IMG/VR virus record: IMGVR_UViG_3300033150_002805
Coordinates: 12,847-76,846 of that record
DNA from: a virus
Direction: 5' to 3' (one strand)
Length of the DNA stretch: 64,000 bases
Shown: piece by piece, positions 51,692 to 61,851 of the stretch
Numbering within the stretch: the stretch's first letter is position 1
Layout of the letters: each line of letters opens with the position of its first letter
Notes under the pieces: model-generated
Told to the model about the DNA's origin: nothing
Databases searched by the model: none
Seen by the model: the letters and a program-made list of their open reading frames with translations, nothing else
Made by a program: the position numbers and the translations under genes

Positions 51692-52486
51692 TTACAAATA
51701 AGTTGGCCAATACTCAACTGCTAAATCAATATCAAATGCATCGGCTGTAACTTCTATCTTTAAATTATTAGAAATTTCTGGACATAAATCCAGGAACACC
51801 CCTGAAAAATCCTGAGCAGTGCTATTTAATTCAACAGTTTCATCAATTGAATTTAAAACTAAGACATCTCCACCGTTAAAAGCAGTTTCAACCTGTATCC
51901 AATCTTGAGTTGAAGTGTTGGTTAACTTAAATTTAGACATATTTGTTTCTGAATTTACTGTCATCGTTATTATTGGTTTGGCATTATATGTTCCAGTAAT
52001 AGAAAAAGTTTTGGTGGTATTAGAAGTTATATTTGACCAACTATTAGAAGTATCAGAAGTAGTTTCTTTCCCGAAGGGTGAACAGAAAAATTCACAAGTA
52101 AAAGGAACTTGTGTAACTTGCCAAAATTCTTCTTCTATCCTAAAAGATTGAACAACTGTCTTTTCATATCTGATATAACTTCCACTTCCACCATAAGTTT
52201 CTATATCCAAATTCTTTTCTGGAGGTTTGAGATAACCCTTAACATTATTTATTAAGGTTCGAAGATTGGTCGCAGAATTCGAAATCAACCAACCTGAAAT
52301 AGTTATTATTTTATGAGAATAGCGTTCATCAATAAAATCCCAGCCATCTCTTATCGTATCTTCTTTTCGTATTATGGTTTTTTCTCCAATAGATTTATAT
52401 CTGATATCTCTGGTAAGAATAGTCGCTGCTGGATCGGCAATTGTTTGAAAACTATGATTATTGTATTTGATGTCTTGTATTGCCAT
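51692..52486 (-). CDS. Distal tail protein (Dit-like)
   Basis: Directly after the TMP; K.ITISG, F.CSPF, GTYNAKPII. Confidence 0.7.
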   Translation of the reverse strand: MAIQDIKYNNHSFQTIADPAATILTRDIRYKSIGEKTIIRKEDTIRDGWDFIDERYSHKIITISGWLISNSATNLRTLINNVKGYLKPPEKNLDIETYGGSGSYIRYEKTVVQSFRIEEEFWQVTQVPFTCEFFCSPFGKETTSDTSNSWSNITSNTTKTFSITGTYNAKPIITMTVNSETNMSKFKLTNTSTQDWIQVETAFNGGDVLVLNSIDETVELNSTAQDFSGVFLDLCPEISNNLKIEVTADAFDIDLAVEYWPTYL

Positions 52487-52510
52487 ATTTTTGAACTCGG
52501 GTTCGATTTA

Positions 52511-54670
52511 TTAGTAGGCACCGAGTCTACCGTGGATATTTCTACGGCCAAGCACTTCCGAAACTGCTCTCGCTATTCTATTAATATCCTCCTGTTCACG
52601 AACCACGGGGTTATTTATATTTACTATAAAATTTCCACCAGTTACTTCTCCCGCTGGAATTACTCTTTCTCCACCATGAGCAATTATAGGAACTGGTTGG
52701 TTTCTCATGCCAGGAACTATGCCACCGAACTGAAATGGTGGAATTCCAAGTTGTGACCTCAATAGGATCATCCCCCAACCTTTTAGTAGCTTCCATGGAG
52801 ATAATTTTTCTGCAAGATCCGAATACATCTCACCTATATCTGCTGCTAAATCTTTGTTTATTTCTAAAAGTCTTTGAGATTTTTCATATTCTCCCTGTTC
52901 CCATAGCTCTTTAGCTCGACTTGTTAATTTATCTGATAAATCTAAAAAATTTTCAGAAGCTTTTTGAGTACCACCCATAATCCAATTGGCTATCGCTTCG
53001 CTTAAACCCTCCAGAGAAGCTTCAAGAACATTCCATATAAAACTTCCAATCGCCCTTATATTCTCTCCAAGTATTCTCCAAAACTCTGGTTTGGTTAAAT
53101 ACACTAAAAATTCATTCCAAACATATTCTCCAAGATTATAAAAAGTACTTCCGAGTTTTGTGAAAACCCTAGTCCAAAATTCTTCTTTCGTAATAGTATT
53201 TTGTATTGCTTTTAATTTTTCTTTCATTCCTTCCCACCAATCAATTTTATTGATATTTTCACTCACTTCATTTGTTTTATCCATTAATTCGTCAAGAATT
53301 CCAAAGCTTGTCTTTTTTCCTGATTCTTCCAACTGTCCTTTACCCTTTAAATATCTTTGCCAATCTTCATTTTCTCTCTTCAATCTTTTCTCTAAATCTT
53401 TGATAGTCATCTGATTTGTCCATAATCCTTTACTTCTTTCTCTTTCCAAATCTTCCATGATATCTTCAACCGCTCGTTCATGAGCAATTTTTCTATCTTC
53501 ATCAACCTCCATTGTTTCTTCTGACAAACCACTAAATTGTTCTCTTAATTTCTCAAGTTGAGCAGACATCTTGGTTGCTGAATCTTTTGCTTTATCAAGA
53601 GCTCCTGAATGTTTTAATAATAGATAAGTTCCCAAACCAAGAGCTGTTCCGATAATTGTTAAAGGTAAATAAATTTTCCATAAAGATATACTGAAAAAAC
53701 TTGCAATCTTAACAAAAGATAAAATAACCCCGATTAAGAATGAGATTTTTCCTATAAAAATTGATATAACCAAAGTAAGAGCAGTTACAACTGGAATTGT
53801 TGGACCCAAAGCCTTTATTAAACCAGTAATATATCCCGAAAGTTTCACTAAAATATCACTGACCAAATTCAAAATAGGCAATAAAGCTGTTCCAAGAGCA
53901 TCTTTCAAAATAGTAATCGCAGCATTCATTTTAGTCATTGCTGCTCTCGTAGTCTCCATTTCGATTCTATGAAAACCCAATGTGGAAGCATATTGTTCCT
54001 CAATGGTTCTTAAAAGTTCTATTGCTCGTTGTCTTGCACTTATTTCTTTCATACTCACACCCATAGTCCTTTGTAGTCTTTGTTCGGTATCTATCCAAAG
54101 TTTCCTTGCTGTTACATCAGTCGCTAATACCAAAGTTCCTCTTAATATACTCTTAGACATCACTTCCAAAGATTTTGACATTTCATCAGCACCACTAGTA
54201 AATAGAAAAGCAACATCAAGGTAACGATAAGTAAATTCCTCTAATTCAGGTAATCCAATTCCAGTAATCATCAGATTCTTCACCGAATTTGCTGCTTCCA
54301 CCAACGGCATCAGACCTGTTAAAGACAATCTTCTAGTAAGTTGGGTGGCTTTCTCGCTACTTCGTCCATATATTGCCGCCGCAGTACTGATAGATAAAAA
54401 AGACTCCTGCAATTCCGCTGAAGTCTTAATTGCATCATTAATTACTCGCATCAATTGTTTCCCAACTTTATCAAAAATATTCCCCAAATATCTAAAGTGC
54501 CAAGCTATGAAAGTTAAGGTATAACCCATCTTCTTTCCACTATCCTCAGTAATTTTAGTCACCTTTTTAACTTTTCCACCTAAATCTTCTACAGATTTCC
54601 TTACTGCTTTCGCCTTTTCTTCGCCTACTACTTTTATTTTTAAAGTGATTTCAACTGGTTTTTCAGGCAT
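52511..54670 (-). CDS. Tail tape measure protein
   Basis: Helical, with a hydrophobic segment; FQFGGIVPG..PIIAHGGERVIP C-terminus. Confidence 0.8.
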   Translation of the reverse strand: MPEKPVEITLKIKVVGEEKAKAVRKSVEDLGGKVKKVTKITEDSGKKMGYTLTFIAWHFRYLGNIFDKVGKQLMRVINDAIKTSAELQESFLSISTAAAIYGRSSEKATQLTRRLSLTGLMPLVEAANSVKNLMITGIGLPELEEFTYRYLDVAFLFTSGADEMSKSLEVMSKSILRGTLVLATDVTARKLWIDTEQRLQRTMGVSMKEISARQRAIELLRTIEEQYASTLGFHRIEMETTRAAMTKMNAAITILKDALGTALLPILNLVSDILVKLSGYITGLIKALGPTIPVVTALTLVISIFIGKISFLIGVILSFVKIASFFSISLWKIYLPLTIIGTALGLGTYLLLKHSGALDKAKDSATKMSAQLEKLREQFSGLSEETMEVDEDRKIAHERAVEDIMEDLERERSKGLWTNQMTIKDLEKRLKRENEDWQRYLKGKGQLEESGKKTSFGILDELMDKTNEVSENINKIDWWEGMKEKLKAIQNTITKEEFWTRVFTKLGSTFYNLGEYVWNEFLVYLTKPEFWRILGENIRAIGSFIWNVLEASLEGLSEAIANWIMGGTQKASENFLDLSDKLTSRAKELWEQGEYEKSQRLLEINKDLAADIGEMYSDLAEKLSPWKLLKGWGMILLRSQLGIPPFQFGGIVPGMRNQPVPIIAHGGERVIPAGEVTGGNFIVNINNPVVREQEDINRIARAVSEVLGRRNIHGRLGAY

Positions 54671-54671
54671 A

Positions 54672-55213
54672 TTAGTATCTTGGGAATCTCTTTTCTTTTA
54701 TTTTTTGCTTTGTCAATCTTTCTTCTTTTTCCTGAAATTGTTTTTCAAGATTCATCATTTCAAGAAATAATTCCATTTTTGAACCTTCTTCTTTTTCTAA
54801 CTGACTGGGTAAACAATGCAATTCACGACACAATTGCATCTCAATATATTCAAAAGGAACTTCTCTTTTTGTTTGTAATGCAACTATTACTTTTTTGAGG
54901 ATTCTAGTTTTTTTTTAGAAATATCCTCTAGAATTTTGTTAGCCCTCTCCATTAGAATAGTCAAGTCTTTCAAAGGAAATTGACTTAAAGTAGTTTCATT
55001 AATTTCTAGTGTATTTCCTTTCTCATCAGTAAAATTCCATTCTTTAATCAAATACTGCAAAACCAAAATACCCCTATCCATATCTTCTTTCGCTTCAACA
55101 ATTTTTTTAATTTGACCAAAAAGAAGGCCGTCATACAAAACGACCTTGCTTTCTGGAAAAGAAGGCAAACTTAATTCAACTGTTTTACGAACATCTTTTA
55201 AGATTACATTCAT
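54672..55213 (-). CDS. Tail assembly chaperone (54887-55213) with -1 frameshift extension to 54672 (gpG/gpGT-like)
   Basis: IKEWNFTDEKG..L.I; slippery A AAA AAG at 54890-54896 and A9 at 54908-54916; the -1 frame reads ..LCRELHCLPSQL..RFPRY* and ends just before the TMP start. Confidence 0.75.
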
Positions 55214-55248
55214 GGTTTTAACTAACCTTTAATAACGACCTTTAAGAT

Positions 55249-56322
55249 CTAACAAGACCAAGAACTTGAACTTGAACTTGAGAAACTTGAAGATGAAGAA
55301 CTGGTTGAACTTGAAGAACTGGAAGAACTCGAAGAACTCACGGTAGCACCAGTATAAGTATTTGTTTGATTTATTACTTTCATCACAATACTTCCATAAG
55401 TTGAATCATAATCTCCCACAAAGGTTGGATTTTCAGTAACAAATCCTGCTGGAGCGGTATCTATTCCTCGATCAGTCAAATGAAATTTTGGAATACCAAT
55501 AATTATTCTTTCTTTACTTGAACCTATTGTATTTCCAGTAAACACAACAACCATTGCTCTTTGTGTTTGATTCTCCAAAGCAGATTGCTCAGTAGTATCC
55601 TCAAAAAACAAGGTATAATTGCCACCTAATTCAAACTGTCCCATCGAAATCTGTCTAGGAGAACTAGAACCTGCCACATACTGAGCTTCCGCATTGTTAT
55701 TTATCGTTAAAGTAAAAGCAGAAAGAGGTTTGGCATCGGTATCACTCGCAAACTTCGCTTCTGCCTCTTCAAAGGTGTCTCCAAAATAGATTTTTGCATC
55801 CTTAAATGCTACTACTGTCTCTTCTGTAATTGCTAAAGTTCCAGAACCCGAACTCGGAGCTTGCGAAAGAATACTTGTGGTTAATTCTACCCAACCATCA
55901 CTAAAAGTAATTTCAGCCGTATTTACTGTTCCATAATGATATTTTCTTACTCCAACTGTATCATTGATATTTAAACAAAAAGTTCTAGGAGGATTTGCAT
56001 CCTTTCTCCAAATAGTATGTTGATATACTCCACTTCCAATACATTGAGAACTCATACTTCCCAATGCTGGATACAACAAGTAAGGAGCATTTTCAACATC
56101 TAAGAGCAAGGTAATATCTCCTTCTCCTCTAGTGCGAGCTACCGTTGAACCCCAAGCTCTTTCTCTAACTCCTTTGGCTGCTTCATCATCAAGAATTTCT
56201 ACAACATTATGCAGAGTTTGGGTAGTATATGGTAAATATTTGGTTGGAGTATCACCACCTGAACCTGGTGAGGTTTCAATAGCGATTCCTACCCAACCAC
56301 GACGACCAATCGCAACTGACAT
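55249..56322 (-). CDS. Tail tube protein with C-terminal poly-Ser
   Basis: GIAIET.PG, FTLTINNN pattern; located before the chaperone and TMP; ends in about 30 Ser then WSC. Confidence 0.78.
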   Translation of the reverse strand: MSVAIGRRGWVGIAIETSPGSGGDTPTKYLPYTTQTLHNVVEILDDEAAKGVRERAWGSTVARTRGEGDITLLLDVENAPYLLYPALGSMSSQCIGSGVYQHTIWRKDANPPRTFCLNINDTVGVRKYHYGTVNTAEITFSDGWVELTTSILSQAPSSGSGTLAITEETVVAFKDAKIYFGDTFEEAEAKFASDTDAKPLSAFTLTINNNAEAQYVAGSSSPRQISMGQFELGGNYTLFFEDTTEQSALENQTQRAMVVVFTGNTIGSSKERIIIGIPKFHLTDRGIDTAPAGFVTENPTFVGDYDSTYGSIVMKVINQTNTYTGATVSSSSSSSSSSSTSSSSSSFSSSSSSSWSC

Positions 56323-56326
56323 AATT

Positions 56327-56614
56327 CTAATCGTTGATTATTTTTCTTTTTTTTCGACCTTTTGGTTTTAAATCCTGTTTTTCGATTTCAAAAACTTTTA
56401 GATTTTCTGGAATCTCTTTTTGAGAAATATCAGATATTTCTTTTTTCGAACACTCTGGACAAGACTTTTTAACATTCTCTGTTATCCAAGGACTATTCAA
56501 TAGAATTTTACCTACTTCATCTTCAACCTCAACTATTTCATTGGATTCAATTCCAATAGATCTGCCAAAAATTATGAAATTAAGTTTTTTATGATAAATG
56601 TTTTTGATTATCAT
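56327..56614 (-). CDS. Hypothetical structural-region protein
   Basis: ORF in the tail operon. Confidence 0.5.
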   Translation of the reverse strand: MIIKNIYHKKLNFIIFGRSIGIESNEIVEVEDEVGKILLNSPWITENVKKSCPECSKKEISDISQKEIPENLKVFEIEKQDLKPKGRKKRKIIND

Positions 56615-56792
56615 TTTTTTCTGAAATTAATTTAAAAGTCAGAATATTAAAAGAATTACAGTTAGGACATTTGGAAACAATAGTGACTTCATCACCAATT
56701 ATAGTATAACGGAAAAGTAATTGATGACATTCTCGACCTTTTTTATTCTTGCCTTTGCAACGGAAATCTCTTTTTTCTTGTTTCATATTCAA
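56589..56792 (-). CDS. Com-like zinc-ribbon protein
   Basis: DFRC...CHQLLFR...KCPNCNSFN. Confidence 0.6.
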   Translation of the reverse strand: MNMKQEKRDFRCKGKNKKGRECHQLLFRYTIIGDEVTIVSKCPNCNSFNILTFKLISEKNDNQKHLS

Positions 56793-57292
56793 GGTCTATT
56801 TTGAACTCTTATTACATTTAATCTTAAAGTCGCCTCTTTTACCACCCACTGCTCACCTCGCTCGGTGGTTCTTGTCCTTGCAGCATAATCTATTCTTCCA
56901 ATGTTGCTGATATACCAATTCTTTCCTAATCGCAAATTATTTCTTAAAACATACAAAATAGTATTGGCTTTCAATATTCCATCATTGGTTTTGGCTTCCA
57001 TTGTTTCAGTGAGATAACGACTCCCAACAACTTCTTCTTTATATTTTTTCAGTTCTTTCCTAGCATCGATTATAAGAATGATATCTATTGTATAAGTCCA
57101 TTGATCCCTATCAGTATCCAGAATATCAATATCAGTACTGATTGGAGATACACATAAACAAGGAGTTTCACTAAAAGGAATTAAGGCAGGATCTGAGAAA
57201 AAATATTCTTTGATAGAATCAGAAAATGTAGATTTCATTAATTCCAAGATTTTTTGAGATGTCTGATACATTTTATCTAAAATTTTTATCAA
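56789..57292 (-). CDS. Tail completion/terminator protein (probable)
   Basis: Position between the morphogenesis protein and tail tube; P..P.LCV motif. Confidence 0.55.
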   Translation of the reverse strand: MIKILDKMYQTSQKILELMKSTFSDSIKEYFFSDPALIPFSETPCLCVSPISTDIDILDTDRDQWTYTIDIILIIDARKELKKYKEEVVGSRYLTETMEAKTNDGILKANTILYVLRNNLRLGKNWYISNIGRIDYAARTRTTERGEQWVVKEATLRLNVIRVQNRP

Positions 57293-57746
57293 TTATCCTG
57301 AATAACCAATTATTAATGATATTATAAATATCTTCTATTTGTTGTTTTTGAAATCGCAATATTACCCTTTGAGGCATTTTTGAAGTTCCTTCTTGATGAT
57401 AAATTGCATACTCAACTGAATTGAAAACTGAAATTTCTCCGTAATCCTTAGTTATTCTAGGAGATGTAATTTCAAACGAATTAATTAATCTTCGAGTTCT
57501 TACCAATATTGGATAAACAAAACCAACTTCTCGCATTTTTTTCTTTTTGGTAACTTCTGCTAAATCTTTCCAATCCCTTCCTTGCATTAAAGAGCCACCA
57601 ACCGCAAAATTCATAATTGCTTGTTGTCGCATGTATCTAGCAGATTCCTCTAAAGGATCAGAAAGCAAACTGATATCCTTGCTAAAATTTTCAAGTTTCA
57701 AAATTAATTCCTTATCCCCAGTTTTTTTGATTTTTATCTCAATCAT
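57273..57746 (-). CDS. Virion morphogenesis protein (Mu gpG-like)
   Basis: NF..GG..WKDLA..T, IL.RT.RL, YAIYHQEGTSKMPQR. Confidence 0.8.
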   Translation of the reverse strand: MIEIKIKKTGDKELILKLENFSKDISLLSDPLEESARYMRQQAIMNFAVGGSLMQGRDWKDLAEVTKKKKMREVGFVYPILVRTRRLINSFEITSPRITKDYGEISVFNSVEYAIYHQEGTSKMPQRVILRFQKQQIEDIYNIINNWLFRIIDKNFR

Positions 57747-57786
57747 AATATTTCATTAATTCCAAATCTATTTATGAACTTTGTCT

Positions 57787-58743
57787 TTAATGCGTAGCTC
57801 CTCTTCCAGTTTCGGGATCTGCTCCATGAAACATTTCGTCTTCAAGTGAAAAAATTTCTCCAGTATTTGCTTTATTCGGGTCATAAATATTACTACCACT
57901 AACAAGAAAAGCATTGGTTTTGGTACTTATTACATTACCATTATCATCAACTAATTTTAAGGTACCATCAATTATTTTATCTATTAAGAAATAAGCTCTA
58001 TCTATCATTCGTTGTCCTGATTTTGAAATTTCGATATCAGCTTCCATCCCATATTCTTTTATTAATAACATTCCAGCAGCCAAAAGATTTATTATTTGTC
58101 TTGCCAATTTCGGTTTTGAACTTAAAGGAATATCATAAAGAGTAGCTATTCTAGATTCAAATTCATTTTCGGCATCAAGTCGATAATCGGCGATATCCTC
58201 ATCTTTTATTCCATAAGCTTCCTCAAAACCAGCTTGTTTTCTAATATCATCTAAAGATGTATAATGTTCCGATTCTGCTGCTTTAGTTGCAATAGCATCA
58301 TCTAATGAAGTTTCACTATCCGTAGTTGAATTATAATAAGTAGCCTTATACCAATTTGAAGAAGTTCCATTCACATCTTCATAAAAAGTGCCATCTGGCC
58401 TATCTACTTCTATATCTTTTGTTGCTATGGGAAAACCCCAAGGTCCTATTTTTGAAGTTGAACGATAGAATCTTCTTTGATTATAAAGTATTTTTTGAAC
58501 CTGAGTTCCTTTCTTGTGGGCAAAACTTGTCGCTGAGCTTAGGGTAATATCTGTCCCTGAAACACTAGCAACCTTTCTGATTTCGGTAGTCTCGTTGCCA
58601 ATTCTTCCAATAACTAAATAATCATCAGTATCTATTCCCTGAGCATTTTTGACACTCAAAGAAAGCCCTGCATCAGCATTATCAGATAAATAGGTGAGTT
58701 CAGTTAATATCGAAGATTCTGTTGGAGCTGAAAGTACTTCCAT
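57787..58743 (-). CDS. Head-tail adaptor-like protein with N-terminal beta domain
   Basis: YTSLDDIR..A..E..S.IA.LY.IPL..P..LAA (gp36/gp6-like C-terminal half). Confidence 0.65.
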   Translation of the reverse strand: MEVLSAPTESSILTELTYLSDNADAGLSLSVKNAQGIDTDDYLVIGRIGNETTEIRKVASVSGTDITLSSATSFAHKKGTQVQKILYNQRRFYRSTSKIGPWGFPIATKDIEVDRPDGTFYEDVNGTSSNWYKATYYNSTTDSETSLDDAIATKAAESEHYTSLDDIRKQAGFEEAYGIKDEDIADYRLDAENEFESRIATLYDIPLSSKPKLARQIINLLAAGMLLIKEYGMEADIEISKSGQRMIDRAYFLIDKIIDGTLKLVDDNGNVISTKTNAFLVSGSNIYDPNKANTGEIFSLEDEMFHGADPETGRGATH

Positions 58744-58800
58744 AAATATTGATTAATTATTATATAATTTTAGAACTTTAAGAATTAAAGGTCAAGGGTT

Positions 58801-61800
58801 CTAGATATCACTCAACAAAGTTGTCTTCTTGATTCTGATTCGCAACCTTGTTCTTCCTTCCTTGGTTATCAAAGTAGTTTTACCTTCGGAAGTAAGAAGA
58901 TGCGTCTTTCTTTTTGGATATGGCACTTGGCTTCGTGAAGAACTTGAACTGGAAGAGCTTAAAGAAAAGGAACTAGAGCTGAATGAGGAAGAACAACTAC
59001 TTGAGGAGCTAAAGGAGGAACTACAAGAACTAGAGGAAAAACTATGACTGCTGGAGAAAGAAAATGAAGAAGAGCTGGAATAACTGAAACTAGAAGAGGA
59101 ACTGGAGCTTGAAAATGAACTTGAGCAACTTGAGCTGGAAAAAGATGAAGAACAGGAACTTGACGAGAACGAGCTTGAAGAAGAACTACTGAATGAGGAA
59201 GAGCAACTCAAGGATGAGCTGAAGCTACTAGAGCAAGAACTACTGCTGAATGAGCTGGAACAAGATGAACTACTCAGACTTGAACTACAGGAACTGCTAC
59301 TGAATGAGGAAGAAGAAGACGAGAATGAGCTTGAACAGCTTGAGAATGAGCTACTACAGCTTGACGAACTTGAAGAAGATGAACTAAAACTACTGCTACA
59401 ACTGGAACTACTGAAACTAGAAGAACTTGAGCTTGAGAAAGAATAACTGGAACTTGAGGAAGAACTAAGAGATGAAGAAGAACTAGAACTGCTAGACGAA
59501 CTGCTGCTACTCGAACTAGAGAATGAGCTACTAGAACTGCTGGAATTACTAAATGAGCTAGAGGAACTTGAACTACTGAACGATGAGCTTGACGAAGAAC
59601 TGCTGAATGAAGACGAACTAGAACTGCTTGAGAAACTGGAACTGGACGAACTAAAAGACGAACTAGAGGACGAACTACTGGAAGAAAATGAAGACGAAGA
59701 GCTACTGGAACTACTGGAAGAACTTGAATTACTAAAGCTACTGCTAGAAGATGAAGAACTGGATGAAGAACTGAAACTAGAACTACTAGAGGAAGACGAA
59801 AAGGAGCTACTCGAAGAACTGCTCGAGAACGAGCTACTAGAAGAAGAGGAACTGAATGAGGAACTACTTGAACTACTAGAAAGTGATGAACTGCTGGAAG
59901 ATGAACTTGAAAATGAGCTGGAAGAAGATGACGAGGAAGAGAATGAAAAAGCAACATTCCATAAATCTACATCTATACAAGTGCTGTATCCTGAATGGGA
60001 ACTCGAAGAACTAGAGGAGAAACTAGAAGAACTGCTGGAGCTGGATAATGAGGAACTGCTAGAAGAAGAACTACTAAACGAGGAAGAAGAGCTGGAAAAT
60101 GAGCTTGAGGAAGAACTTGAGGAGAAGGAGCTGCTTGATGAAGAAAAACTGAAGGAAAAACTTGAAGAAGAGCTGTTGCTCGAACTACTGAAACTAGAAC
60201 TACTCGAGGAAGAGCTGAAAGAACTGCTACTTGAACTTGAACTAAAAGAAGAACTAGATGAACTAAATGAAGAAGATGAAGACGAACTAGAAAAGCTGGA
60301 ACTACTTGAACTAGAACTAAAAGAAGAAGAACTACTAGAACTTGAAAAAGAACTAGAAGAACTGGAACTAAATGACGATGAGGAGCTACTCGAAGAACTT
60401 GAACTGGAAGATGATGAAAATGAAGAAGAACTACTAGAGGAACTTAAGGAAGAACTTGATGAGGAACTACTGGAAGAAAAACTGCTACTAGAACTGCTAG
60501 AGGAAGAACTAAATGAACTCGAGCTGGAACTGAAAGAAGATGAGAAACTACTACTTGATGAACTAGAAGAACTTGAAGAACTAGATTCTGCTGGTGTATA
60601 GGTGCAGTAGATGGAGTATTTGTGGTCTATAACATCTCCTGTCCATGCCGTAGAATCATACCAATTAGCAGAACCGATAGGAAAGGTGTAATCTTGAAAC
60701 GTAGTTACCTTTCCCGTCCCCCCACTATCATAAGCAATATCCACCTCCTCATAATTAGTAAGATTTGTTGCATCTCCTGTTGCTGCTAACCAATAGTCAC
60801 CTGAAGGATGTTCCGAACCATCACTAATAGCTCTATGAGCCCAAGAATTAGCCGAACAATTGGATGAAACAGTCACTTCTTCTTTAACAGAAAAATCTGA
60901 GTTAAAAATTGCTGCCTTTACGGGGACACCTCTATCTGCATACTTTACATAAAAAGCAACTTCTGATGGAATAAAGCTACTTGCAATATTAAATTGACTT
61001 GCTTCCCCAAAATCTAAATCAGAATAATTCTTATTGTGACATAAAAAAGTTTGGCTACTTCCCGCATTTTCATACCCAAAAGTCGGGTCAACTATTACAG
61101 GATAAACAGCATTATCTAAAAATTCCTGTGGTGCGACAATAGATAACTCTCCTTTTTTCTCATCAAGAGTAAAATCTTCTGCTCTAACTTTCCAGCCATT
61201 AGCGTCTATCAAATAAGGGTAATATAAATGCCCAAACTTGCCTACCTTATATTTCTCGGCTTCCTCCTTTCTTTTATGAAATGGAGTTTTCGTAGCGTGA
61301 TAAACCGCATAACTCCCAACTACATTTTCAGGTCTAAAAGCACCTCTATCTTTTTCCTCTTGCGTCAATTCTGGCTGGTAATAAAACTTCAATCCTTTTG
61401 TTTCTATATTAAGAACTATCTTGTTTGTTTTGGGCTTCTTTTTAAGGATAACTTCAAACTCAAACCCGCCATCTTCTAATTGCTTTACTTGGTGCTTTCT
61501 TCCTTTGATATCAGTTTCTTCAAACTCTCTCGGCTCTAAGGGATAAAGTTCTAATTCATATTCATCTTCCCCAGTTTTCTTTTTTATCTTTATCTTGTTT
61601 TCCTCTAATTCATACTCAAACTCGTCTTCTTCTTTGTGAGGCATTTCAATTTTAATAGAACACTCATCGCCCCATTTCTTTAATTTGGCGTGGGGTTTAA
61701 AGTCTGGCTTTTCTATATTTCCAATTTCAACTTCAGAATACTTATCGTAATCTATCTTATAAGTCGTGCTATTCAGTTGTCTTATTTCTTTTGACATTGA

Positions 61801-61851
61801 AGCATGGTTCATTAAGTTTCCGCCTTTTGATAAATACGGTGAGCAACCCAA
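58801..61851 (-). CDS. Virion-associated protein with a poly-Ser (Ser/Phe/Cys) region of roughly 550 residues; probable start 61796
   Basis: N-terminal EFEVILKKKP..RPENVVGSYAVY..AVYPVIVDPT domain, then the Ser tract. Confidence 0.7.
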   Translation of the reverse strand: MGCSPYLSKGGNLMNHASMSKEIRQLNSTTYKIDYDKYSEVEIGNIEKPDFKPHAKLKKWGDECSIKIEMPHKEEDEFEYELEENKIKIKKKTGEDEYELELYPLEPREFEETDIKGRKHQVKQLEDGGFEFEVILKKKPKTNKIVLNIETKGLKFYYQPELTQEEKDRGAFRPENVVGSYAVYHATKTPFHKRKEEAEKYKVGKFGHLYYPYLIDANGWKVRAEDFTLDEKKGELSIVAPQEFLDNAVYPVIVDPTFGYENAGSSQTFLCHNKNYSDLDFGEASQFNIASSFIPSEVAFYVKYADRGVPVKAAIFNSDFSVKEEVTVSSNCSANSWAHRAISDGSEHPSGDYWLAATGDATNLTNYEEVDIAYDSGGTGKVTTFQDYTFPIGSANWYDSTAWTGDVIDHKYSIYCTYTPAESSSSSSSSSSSSSFSSSFSSSSSSFSSSSSSSSSSFSSSSSSSSSSLSSSSSSSSFSSSSSSSSSSSSSSSFSSSSSSSFSSSSSSSSFSSSSSSSSFSSSSSSSSFSSSSSSFSSSSSSSSFSSSSSSSSFSSSSNSSSSSFSFSFSSSSSSFSSSSSSSSFSSSSSSFSSSSSSSSSLSSSSSSSSFSSSSSSSHSGYSTCIDVDLWNVAFSFSSSSSSSSSFSSSSSSSSSLSSSSSSSSFSSSSSSSSFSSSSSSSSFSSSSSSSSFSSSSSSSSSSSSFSNSSSSSSSSSSSSSFSSSSSSSSSSFSSSSSSFSSSSSSSSFSSSSSSSSFSSSSSSSSFSNSSSSSSSFSSSSSSSSSSSSSSSSSLSSSSSSSYSFSSSSSSSFSSSSCSSSFSSSSSSSSSCSSSFSSCSSSFSSSSSSFSSSSCSSSLSSSSCSSSFSSSSCSSSFSSSLSCSSSFSSSSSSSFSSSSCSSSFSSSSCSSSFSSSSSSSSFSYSSSSSFSFSSSHSFSSSSCSSSFSSSSSCSSSFSSSSFSLSSSSSSSSRSQVPYPKRKTHLLTSEGKTTLITKEGRTRLRIRIKKTTLLSDI

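Noticed and set aside
49665-60601. Plus-strand Leu/Glu-rich ORFs (49665-50231, 58829-59047, 59981-60601; also 4145-4456)
   Set aside because: These are antisense shadows of poly-Ser. That offset frame cannot contain stops when the sense codons are TCN/AGY.
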